DNA of 64,000 nucleotides, taken from the NCBI GenBank assembly GCA_964291415.2, contig OZ219920.1, forward strand, positions 1,440,001 to 1,504,000, read 5' to 3'. Below, one piece after another: positions 51,860-59,823 of the stretch (positions are counted from its first letter, which is position 1; every line of letters begins with the position of its first letter). Source of the DNA: Alphaproteobacteria bacterium. Its GTDB lineage: Bacteria > Pseudomonadota > Alphaproteobacteria > SP197. The position numbers and the translations under genes are program-made. Below the pieces are notes generated by a model, which saw nothing but the letters and a program-made list of their open reading frames with translations, had not been told where the DNA came from and did not search any database.

Positions 51860-53470
51860 TCAGGCCATGCCTTCCTTGAACGACCACTTCCGGAACATGC
51901 GGAAGCTGTCGAAGGGCGCTGCGCCAAGAACCTCACCGCCGGTGTCGATCCGGTCGCGGACGCCATGCACCAGATTCTGGAACAGAGGCACGATGGTCGA
52001 GCCGCGCTCGTGCAGGATCAGCTGCACGTCGGCGTAGAGAAGCTTGCGCTTCTCGGTATCAAGCTCGGTCCTTGCCGCCACCACCAGATCGGTGAACTCC
52101 CGGTCACACCAGTAGGAGTCGCCCCATGCCGCATCGCAGATGTAGGCGAGCGTGAGCATCAGGTCCGGGGTCGGCCGCGCGTTCCAGTAGCAGTAGACGA
52201 AGGGCTCCGTGGCCCAGACGTCCGCCCAGTAACCATCGACGGGCTGGCGCACGACCTCGAGGTTGAACCCGGCCTGCTTGGCGTTTTCGGCAAAGAGGAC
52301 ACCGGAATCGACCGCGCCGCTGAACGCCGCGGCGGATGCATGTATCTGGATCGTCTCACCGCCGTAACCGGCCTTCTCCAGATGATGTCTCGCCTTGTCC
52401 GGATCGAACTCGCGCTGCGGAATGGCGGGATTGAAGAACTGGTCGAAAGGCGCAACCGGGTGATCGTTCGCCAGCGATGCGTGGCCGTTGAAAATCACGT
52501 CGCGCATCTGTTCGCGATCAACCAGGTACTTCATCGCCAGCCGGAAATCGACGTTGTCGAAGGGCGCCGTGTCAGCGCGCATCGGCATCGTGATGGTCGA
52601 GCCGCCGGCGACGCTCAGAATATCTACACCCTGGTTCTGAGCCAGCAGGTCGGCAGTCTTCGGCTCGACCGGCCACACCGCCTGGACCGAATCGCTGGCC
52701 AGCGCCGAAGAAAGCGCGGCGTGATCCTTCACCGAGAGGTGCTCGAAGGAATCAAAGAAGCCCTGGTCTTCCAGGAAGTAGTTCGCAAACCGCTCTCCGA
52801 TGGCGCGCACACCCGGCTCGTACTCCTGCAGGACGTAGGCACCGGTTCCAACTCCCGACATGTCGACCTCGCCGTCAACCGACGGTCCCACCTGGAACAG
52901 GTACTGCGCCAGGTAGTAGGGGAAATCGGCTGCCGGCTCGCCGAGTTCGAAGATCACGTCGTCGCCGTCCGACCGGATGTCGGCCACGATCGCCATCATC
53001 GATGCACCGCCGGACTGTGAATCGGGACCGCGGTGAACGTTCATCGAGTCGATCACATCCTGGGCATCAAGCGTCTTGCCGTTGTGGAACTCCACGCCCT
53101 GGCGCAATCTGAAGGTCCAGGTCGCACCCGCGTCCGAAGCGTGCCACTCCGTCGCCAGCATGGGATCGAGACCGCCATCGGTTCGCGCATCGACCAGCTT
53201 GCTGCGAATGGTCTCCTGGATGCAGGTCTGGTGCCCGTTGCCGGGATGGCCAAACGTGAGCGAATCTGCCGACTGTCCGTCGCCCACCGCCGTGACGATG
53301 TGCCCGCCCCGAACCTGTGCGGCGCGCGCCGAATCACTCCACATCGCCGTGGCGGCCGCGACGGTCAGGCCCGACGCAACCGCGCGCTCCAGGAAGTCGC
53401 GTCGCGTCACGCCCTTCCGGCCGGCGAAGGCCCTCAATGTCCGCTCGAGATCATGGGTCTGTTCGTTCAT
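51860..53470 (-). CDS. ABC transporter substrate-binding protein, family 5, Tat-exported
   Basis: TRRDFL twin-arginine signal; LATEW, TWTFRLRQGVEFHNG, GTGAY, PFDNVDFRLA. Confidence 0.92.
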   Translation of the reverse strand: MNEQTHDLERTLRAFAGRKGVTRRDFLERAVASGLTVAAATAMWSDSARAAQVRGGHIVTAVGDGQSADSLTFGHPGNGHQTCIQETIRSKLVDARTDGGLDPMLATEWHASDAGATWTFRLRQGVEFHNGKTLDAQDVIDSMNVHRGPDSQSGGASMMAIVADIRSDGDDVIFELGEPAADFPYYLAQYLFQVGPSVDGEVDMSGVGTGAYVLQEYEPGVRAIGERFANYFLEDQGFFDSFEHLSVKDHAALSSALASDSVQAVWPVEPKTADLLAQNQGVDILSVAGGSTITMPMRADTAPFDNVDFRLAMKYLVDREQMRDVIFNGHASLANDHPVAPFDQFFNPAIPQREFDPDKARHHLEKAGYGGETIQIHASAAAFSGAVDSGVLFAENAKQAGFNLEVVRQPVDGYWADVWATEPFVYCYWNARPTPDLMLTLAYICDAAWGDSYWCDREFTDLVVAARTELDTEKRKLLYADVQLILHERGSTIVPLFQNLVHGVRDRIDTGGEVLGAAPFDSFRMFRKWSFKEGMA

Positions 53471-53590
53471 CCTCTTGTCCTCTCCTAGTACACGTGACCG
53501 TCACGCACGCCCGGTCAACCGAATGTGCGTCAACGATCCCATCATACCAGTCACCTCCGTGACTTTTGAACAGGTTTGTTTGCCATGAGT

Positions 53591-54742
53591 CTAACGCCAC
53601 GCAAGATCCTGGACATCCGCGACCGGCAAGACCGAGATCCGATCGTCGAGCGGATACGCCTCGTGACCGGGATACACCACCCAGAGATGCTCCAGCTCCA
53701 GGTCCTTCAGGGCAACGCGCATGGAGCGCGTGGTGCCGGGGGCATCGGCGAGCTTGCACTCGAAGCCGTAGCGCTTGCCGCCACGCATGACGAGCAGGTC
53801 GAGTTCGGCGCCGCCGTGCGTCGCCCAGAAGTACACTCCGCTCGTCTCGAACACGCTTGCGATCTGCTCCACCGCGAAGCCTTCAAAGGAAGCTCCGACC
53901 TTGGGATGGCCGGAGATCTCATCAGCGGTGTCCAGGGTGAGAAGACTGTGGAGCAGCCCCGTGTCGCGCACGTAGATCCTGGGCGAGCGGACCTGGCGCT
54001 TGCGGATGTTCGCGAACCAGGGAGGGAGCGCTCGCACCATGAACGCGCCGGTCAGGATGTCGAGGTACCGTCGCGCCGTACCTTCGCTCGATCCGAGGGC
54101 TCGGGCGAACTCTGCCGCGTTCCAGACCTGACCGTGATAGTGGGCCAGCATCGTCCAGAACCTGCGGAGGGTCTCCGCGGGAACGGTGATGCCGAGTTGG
54201 GGGATGTCACGCTCGAGGAATGTCTGAACGAAACTTCGTCGCCACACCGCGGATGCGCGGTCGTGCGATGCGAGATATGCACGCGGGAAGCCGCCGCGGA
54301 GCCAGAGGCTTCGCCACGAGCCGGGACCGACCTCCGAGAGATCAAATCCACCCAGACTGACAATCCCGACACGCCCGGCCAGGGATTCCGAAACATTCGC
54401 GATCAGTGCCGGCGATGCACTCCCGAGGACGAGAAACCGTGCCGGATTGTCGGGCCGGTCGGCAAGGACCCGAAGTGTTTCGAACAGCGCTGGCTCGCGC
54501 TGTATCTCATCGATGACCACGAGACCGGTGAGACGGGCCAGTGCCTGTTCCGGCGCCTGCAGACGTCGACGGTCCACCGCACTCTCAAGATCGAAGAACG
54601 TGCTCCCCTCCGCGTCCGCAGCCGCGATCATGCGTGCAAGCGTGGTCTTGCCGCATTGGCGTGGTCCGGTCAGGGCGACCGCAGGATGGACGGAGAACGC
54701 TTCATGGACGCGATCGCGGGCGGCGGGTCGATCAATGATCAT
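53591..54742 (-). CDS. AAA_14 ATPase with C-terminal DUF4143
   Basis: GPRQCGKTT, IDEIQ, LGSAS, ESLAGR, RGGFP, DTGL, ELDL...ECK. Confidence 0.92.
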   Translation of the reverse strand: MIIDRPAARDRVHEAFSVHPAVALTGPRQCGKTTLARMIAAADAEGSTFFDLESAVDRRRLQAPEQALARLTGLVVIDEIQREPALFETLRVLADRPDNPARFLVLGSASPALIANVSESLAGRVGIVSLGGFDLSEVGPGSWRSLWLRGGFPRAYLASHDRASAVWRRSFVQTFLERDIPQLGITVPAETLRRFWTMLAHYHGQVWNAAEFARALGSSEGTARRYLDILTGAFMVRALPPWFANIRKRQVRSPRIYVRDTGLLHSLLTLDTADEISGHPKVGASFEGFAVEQIASVFETSGVYFWATHGGAELDLLVMRGGKRYGFECKLADAPGTTRSMRVALKDLELEHLWVVYPGHEAYPLDDRISVLPVADVQDLAWR

Positions 54743-54752
54743 GCGCGAACAT

Positions 54753-54795
54753 AATCCTTGAAAATCCTCAATTCAAGAGCGTATTTTCGAGGAAT
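54753..54795. promoter_or_regulatory. AT-rich inverted repeat (putative operator) just upstream of the AAA-DUF4143 gene
   Basis: AATCCTTGAAAAT-N17-ATTTTCGAGGAAT (11/13 complementary), ~10 nt from the ATG. Confidence 0.55.
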
Positions 54796-55089
54796 ATGGC
54801 TTGTCTCCTCGGATGGAATAGCTGTCGAGGCTCCCGGGCTGGCGCACTCAGGACGCTCGCTCGAATGCAGTGATGTCACGAAGTCTCGACATGCACGTCA
54901 ACGCGAGCCGGCCGCGGCCGACGTCGGCGCTGTGATGTCACGGAAGTACGCCAATGCGCTTCATGCGGCGCTGATCTGCGCGCCCATGCAGCGTGTGGCC
55001 GACCCGCCTGACCGGAGGTTACGGACCCGTGCATGTCTGCCCGTCGGCAGATCGTCACCGATTCACCCCCTGGACGGCGTGTCAGGCGG

Positions 55090-55824
55090 TCAGGCTGCGC
55101 GCTCCAGTGCAGCCTCGAACCAGCGGGTCCACGATGCGCCGGGGACGACGAAACTGTACCCGGTGACCAGGCGGGGACGCCGTTCGCGGGCGATGGCAAG
55201 CAGGCGGCGGCCGCGGTTGGCGATTTCTGCGGGGTCGCTGTACGGATTGAGTCGCATGGTGTCATTCGGCGGGAAGGCGTAGTCGCACGCGAAGAGCACG
55301 TCGCGCCACAGGTAGGCCGTGAATCCCGGTGTGTGGCCGCCGATGTGGAAGGCCTCGATGCCGTGGCTCGTGAAATCGCCGTAGAAGGCGTCGTCTACGG
55401 GGAAGGCGGCGGCGAGCGGACTTTTCGTCTCGGCCTCATGGATGTGAACGGCGGCGTTCCACTGCGCGCGGTACTGGTTCGAGGCGCCCATGAAGTCCTT
55501 GTGGGTGAAGAAGATGTGGCCCACGGGCGCAAGCGTGCGATTGAACGCGCTTGGGCAGTCGATCCACACCGGCCCTTCGTCCGTCTCGATGCGGTAGCAG
55601 GCGTGCTCGAGACCGAGGCGCGGACGGGATAGAAGCTGGCTGACGCCATCCGTGACGTCCCTTGTTTCCACGCGATAGCGCTCCTCGCCGACGTCCCAGG
55701 AGACGAAGCGGTCATGGCGGGCGCCACAGAAGGGACAGACTTCGGGCATCTCGCCGATCATGTTGTATCCGCAAGGCACACAAACCCACTGCTTCAGCGG
55801 AAATCCCTTCGCGAGTTCCGTCAT
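55090..55824 (-). CDS. Rubredoxin-like domain fused to an MBL-fold metallo-hydrolase
   Basis: WVCVPCGY...CPFCGA; THKD, HIH, GGHTPG, LFACD; GGAGG before ATG 55824. Confidence 0.75.
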   Translation of the reverse strand: MTELAKGFPLKQWVCVPCGYNMIGEMPEVCPFCGARHDRFVSWDVGEERYRVETRDVTDGVSQLLSRPRLGLEHACYRIETDEGPVWIDCPSAFNRTLAPVGHIFFTHKDFMGASNQYRAQWNAAVHIHEAETKSPLAAAFPVDDAFYGDFTSHGIEAFHIGGHTPGFTAYLWRDVLFACDYAFPPNDTMRLNPYSDPAEIANRGRRLLAIARERRPRLVTGYSFVVPGASWTRWFEAALERAA

Positions 55825-55850
55825 GCCGCCTTCCTCCGGGTTCGCAGTCA

Positions 55851-56633
55851 TCAGTTCATGTAGGAGATATCGTCACGATCGAGCAGGCGCCTGAGCGCCG
55901 GCCATTCGTGGACGCCGGGCCGGAAATCCTCGGTGACGTCGCGCGGTTCGTGCTGCTGGTTCGCGTAGTGCTCGCAGACCGCCTGCGGAACAGGGGTCCA
56001 GGGCACGTTGCTCGCGAGCACCTTCATCTGGATCTCGCAGGCCCGTTGCAGCCAGTACATCAGGACGAAGGCCTCGCCAATGCTTGCACCCACCGTCAGC
56101 AGGCCATGGTTGCGCAGGATCATCGCCTGGGCGGAACCCAGGCTGCGGGCCAGCCGCGTGCGCTCGTCGGGATCCATGCTGGTGCCCTCGAAGGCGTGAT
56201 AGCCCAGGTTGTGGTAGAAGTAGAGCGCCTCCATGCAGAGTGGCTGGAGACCATCCTCGAGCGCTGCCACGGCAACACCGTCGTTGGTGTGCGTGTGCAC
56301 GACGGCGTTGACGTCCGGGCGCGCCTCGAAGAGGCCGCTGTGGATCACGAACCCGGCCTTCGGCACGAGGCCATCGCCATCGCGGACTTCGACGGTGTTG
56401 CCCTCGGTGTCGACCTTGACAAGGAGCGAGGCGGTCATCTCGTCCCAGCCGACACCCATGGGATTGATCAGAAAATGCCCTGGATCGTCGGGACAGCGCG
56501 CCGTGATGTGATTCCACACCAATTCCGACCAGCCGAACCGGTCGGCAAGTCGGAACGCCGCGGCAAGGTCGGTGCGCAGGTCCTGTTCGGCCGGCGACAG
56601 GCGCTCCTGCGGAACGGCAACGATCGACGACAC
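55851..56633 (-). CDS. Class II aldolase/adducin family protein
   Basis: NHITAR, FLINP, GFVIHS, HTH, LRNHG; GGAGG before GTG 56633. Confidence 0.9.
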   Translation of the reverse strand: MSSIVAVPQERLSPAEQDLRTDLAAAFRLADRFGWSELVWNHITARCPDDPGHFLINPMGVGWDEMTASLLVKVDTEGNTVEVRDGDGLVPKAGFVIHSGLFEARPDVNAVVHTHTNDGVAVAALEDGLQPLCMEALYFYHNLGYHAFEGTSMDPDERTRLARSLGSAQAMILRNHGLLTVGASIGEAFVLMYWLQRACEIQMKVLASNVPWTPVPQAVCEHYANQQHEPRDVTEDFRPGVHEWPALRRLLDRDDISYMN

Positions 56634-56689
56634 GGCAGTCCTCCCCTCGCATTCACGCTGCTTCCAACTATAGAGCAGCACCGGCCCGA

Positions 56690-56912
56690 CATCACGCACA
56701 CCCGTCAAGTCGCGACTGCCGCCGCCTCCGGCAACGCGGCAAGAGTTGCCCAGCACTCCGAGGAAAACCACGGGCGACTGCTCACTCCCTGCTCCTGCTT
56801 GATTTCGGGGGACGACCTCGTCAGCGTGGTCGAGTGGATGCGGCAACATCTGGATCGTCTCGTCAGCATGATGCGGTCTCGCATGCGACGAGCCGATCAG
56901 GAATTCTTGTGA
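56690..56912 (+). pseudogene. Possible decayed GntR/FCD-domain fragment
   Basis: H...AAASGN...SEENHGRLL...ISGDD...MRQHLDRL resembles the FCD C-terminal pattern; no start or HTH. Confidence 0.3.
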
Positions 56913-56953
56913 CATTCCACTCCGATGGAGACGTCTTGAGCTGTTGACAGACC

Positions 56954-57652
56954 TCAAGCCATGAGTCGCCAGTTCTCTTCGCCGTAGATCAGCCAGGCAT
57001 CCGCCCGATTGCCATCCCATCGGTAGCACAGGTGTCTTCCCTGCACCGGGATGCCAACCACATCAGGCCAGAATGCCGCGATGGCCTCGCCACCGGGATA
57101 GCGCACGCTCGGATAGACGAGGCCATCGCTGGCATGGTCTTGGCGCAGTTCCCTCGCCAATCCCTGGGCCGCTGCATAGTCGTCGGCATCAAGTGCGAAC
57201 GCGTAGGCAACGGCATTCCTGAGATCGTGCAGTTCCGCGTCGATACTGCCGATCAACTCACGATAGTCCGCCGTGGCGGGTTCCTCGTCCGTTGCCGCCA
57301 TGAAGCGCTCAAAATGGAACATCGTCTCCGCCAGCGCGACCTCGAGGCGGTCGCCGGCGTAGTACACGCCGTAGCTTCCGTCGGCAAAGCGGCTCGTGCG
57401 ATCCGGTGAAACATGGCAGAAGGGCGCCATGACCCAACTGGCGCCGGCACCCGAGACCCGGCGCTCCGGCGGCACCAGGTGAATGGCGCCGATGGCGTCG
57501 CGCGCACGGGGGCTGGACTTTGCCTCGGCCCTGGCGATCAGTTCCCAGTCGGCCGGATCCGCGATGTCCTCGAACAGATTGACGGGTGGATAGATCGACC
57601 TGATCAGGCGAAACGTACGAGCCCAGCGAACACGGCTCAGGGGTGGGATCAC
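56954..57652 (-). CDS. RES-domain toxin (NAD+ phosphorylase family)
   Basis: SRF.DGSYGVYY (R), ALAET (E), YPSVR (S); GTGA overlap with the antitoxin gene. Confidence 0.9.
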   Translation of the reverse strand: MIPPLSRVRWARTFRLIRSIYPPVNLFEDIADPADWELIARAEAKSSPRARDAIGAIHLVPPERRVSGAGASWVMAPFCHVSPDRTSRFADGSYGVYYAGDRLEVALAETMFHFERFMAATDEEPATADYRELIGSIDAELHDLRNAVAYAFALDADDYAAAQGLARELRQDHASDGLVYPSVRYPGGEAIAAFWPDVVGIPVQGRHLCYRWDGNRADAWLIYGEENWRLMA

Positions 57653-58077
57653 CAACCTCCCCGTTCCGCATCCAGATAGCTGCGCACCGCGACCAGATCC
57701 GGAATCGATCCGGCCAACAGCCGATCCAAAGCGGTATCGCCGCCGAATGCCCGGTTTGGCTTTCGCAACCAGCGATAGCCACGCTCGGGGTCAGCAAAGA
57801 GATAGCGCAAGTTCTTGTGGATGCCCATCAACGTCGACAGACGCTCCCGGGTGTCGCGCGAAATGCGCGACGGGTCGACTTGTCCGGCTTTCCAGCGCGC
57901 ATAGGTTCGTGCGGCCGGACTTCCGAGCAGGATGCGCCCTTGACGGTCGTTGAGCGCCCAGCGTGCCATCAGGTTGAAGAAGGCGCGTAGCATGGCGCCG
58001 GTTTCAGCGTCGCTGATCTCGCCAACGGCACCAGGGTCAAGACGGAACGAGGACATGAGTTGTTGCCATATGGCCAA
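57649..58077 (-). CDS. Xre/MbcA/ParS (DUF2384) antitoxin
   Basis: N-terminal HTH (W.L...LLG...RTY.RWK), WLRKPN, FGG, YLDAERG; true start uncertain (58056 or 58069). Confidence 0.88.
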   Translation of the reverse strand: MAIWQQLMSSFRLDPGAVGEISDAETGAMLRAFFNLMARWALNDRQGRILLGSPAARTYARWKAGQVDPSRISRDTRERLSTLMGIHKNLRYLFADPERGYRWLRKPNRAFGGDTALDRLLAGSIPDLVAVRSYLDAERGGW

Positions 58078-58106
58078 CTTTACGACGTTCTATTGCCGTT
58101 TGTCAA
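58077..58106 (-). promoter_or_regulatory. Sigma70 promoter of the xre-res operon
   Basis: TTGACA-N18-TAAAGT. Confidence 0.6.
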
Positions 58107-58361
58107 ATGTATGCTCGTTCGTCGCAGAATGGGTCAAGTCGAGAGCAGGCGCTCTTCGGCCTGCTTGATGAGCCCCGATCAACTCTTTGTGGCCAATCTG
58201 CTGCGCATCACTCGATGAACGGTGGTTCGGTAGCCGCGACCGACTCCTGACAGACACTTCCTTTGTGCACTGAGCATGGTTCAACGAGCACGGCCGAGGC
58301 CGGACCCTCCGGGCGGGAGTGTTTCACAAGGAGCGTGTTCCCGTGCTACGTAGCGGCCGGC

Positions 58362-58434
58362 GCCGGGTTAGCTCAGTCGGTAGAGCAACCGCCTTGTAAG
58401 CGGTAGGTCGCGAGTTCGAGTCCCGCACCCGGCA
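58362..58434 (+). tRNA. tRNA-Thr(TGT)
   Basis: GCCGGGTTAGCTCAGTCGGTAGAGCAACCGCCT-TGT-AAGCGGT...GTTCGAGTC...ACCCGGCA; CCA not encoded; one A-C mismatch in the T-stem. Confidence 0.93.
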
Positions 58435-58453
58435 CCGACGTCCCCCTGAACCG

Positions 58454-59809
58454 TCACGCAGCCTTCTGGCGCATGGTGACGAATTCCTCGGCGCTGGTGG
58501 GATGGATGCCGACCGTGGCGTCGAAATCGGCCTTGGTGGCGCCCGCCTTCAGGGCGACCGAAAAGCCCTGCAGGATCTCGGCGGCGTCCGGTCCCACCAT
58601 GTGGACGCCGACGACGCGGTCCGTGGCCGACGCCACGACGAGCTTCATCAGGATCATCTCGTCGTTGAGCGAAATCGTGTGGCGCAGGGGCCTGAAACGC
58701 GCCATGTAGATGTCGACGTCATCGGCATGACGCTGGCGCGCCTCGGATTCCGTCAGACCCACCGTGGCCAGTTCCGGCTGGCTGAAGACGGCCGACGGAA
58801 CGTTCGCGTAATCGACGCTCTTCGGCCCGTCGCCAAAGAGCGTGGCGGCCACCGCCATGCCCTCGGTGGTCGCCACCGGGGTGAGTTCAAGGCGGCCCAG
58901 CACGTCGCCGATGGCGAAGACCGACGGCACGTTCGTACGGAAGTGCTCGTCGACCGGAATGGTGCCGTCGTCGTTGACGGTTACCCCGGCATCCTCGAGA
59001 CCGAGACCGGAGGTCAGTGGCCGGCGGCCGGTGGCATACATCACGAGACCGGCTTCCAGGGAGGAGCCGTCGGCCAGGTGGACGGAATATCCGCCGTCCG
59101 CCGGGGCAATGGCCGCCACGTCGGTGGAGAACCTGAGGTCGATCCCCTTGGTCCGCATTTCTCCGGCGAGATGGCGCCGGATATCGTCATCGAATCCACG
59201 CAGGAAGAGCTCTCCCCGGTAGAGTTGGGCGACCTCGACACCGATGCCGTGAAAGATCCCGGCGAATTCCGCCGCAATGTAGCCGCCGCCGACGATGACG
59301 ATGCTCTTCGGCAGGTCATCGAGAAAGAAGCACTCGTTCGACGTGATGGCGTGCTCCCTGCCTGGGATATCCGGCACATATGGCCAGCCCCCGGTGGCGA
59401 CGAGAATGTTCGCGGTGCTGAGACGCTGACCGTCGATCTCCACCTCGTGGGGACCGGCAAGGCGGGCGTGGCCCTCGAGGACGTGGCAGCCCGCGTCCTT
59501 CAACATGTTGACGTAGATGCCGTTCAACCGGGTGATCTCGGCCGTCTTGTTGTCACGCAGCGTCGGCCAGTCGAAGCGGGGCGCCATGGACGACCAGCCG
59601 TAGCGCCCGGCATCCCGGAACTCCTCGCTGTAATGAGAGGCATAACCGAAGAGTTTCTTGGGAATGCACCCTACGTTGACACAGGTTCCGCCCCAGTCAC
59701 GTTCCTCGGCGATCGCCACGCGGGCGCCGGCCGCCGCGGAAAACCGCGCCGTGCGCACTCCTCCGGAGCCGCCGCCTATGACGACGAGATCGTAGTCGAA
59801 GGAACCCAT
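58454..59809 (-). CDS. gor: Glutathione-disulfide reductase
   Basis: GGGSGG, GGTCVNVGCIPKK, GGGYIA, HPTSAEEF. Confidence 0.95.
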   Translation of the reverse strand: MGSFDYDLVVIGGGSGGVRTARFSAAAGARVAIAEERDWGGTCVNVGCIPKKLFGYASHYSEEFRDAGRYGWSSMAPRFDWPTLRDNKTAEITRLNGIYVNMLKDAGCHVLEGHARLAGPHEVEIDGQRLSTANILVATGGWPYVPDIPGREHAITSNECFFLDDLPKSIVIVGGGYIAAEFAGIFHGIGVEVAQLYRGELFLRGFDDDIRRHLAGEMRTKGIDLRFSTDVAAIAPADGGYSVHLADGSSLEAGLVMYATGRRPLTSGLGLEDAGVTVNDDGTIPVDEHFRTNVPSVFAIGDVLGRLELTPVATTEGMAVAATLFGDGPKSVDYANVPSAVFSQPELATVGLTESEARQRHADDVDIYMARFRPLRHTISLNDEMILMKLVVASATDRVVGVHMVGPDAAEILQGFSVALKAGATKADFDATVGIHPTSAEEFVTMRQKAA

Positions 59810-59823
59810 CCGGGGACTCCGTG

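Noticed and set aside
54930-54990. SRKYANALHAAL resembling a PIN/VapC DALHAA motif
   Set aside because: Too short, with no supporting domain context; probably chance.
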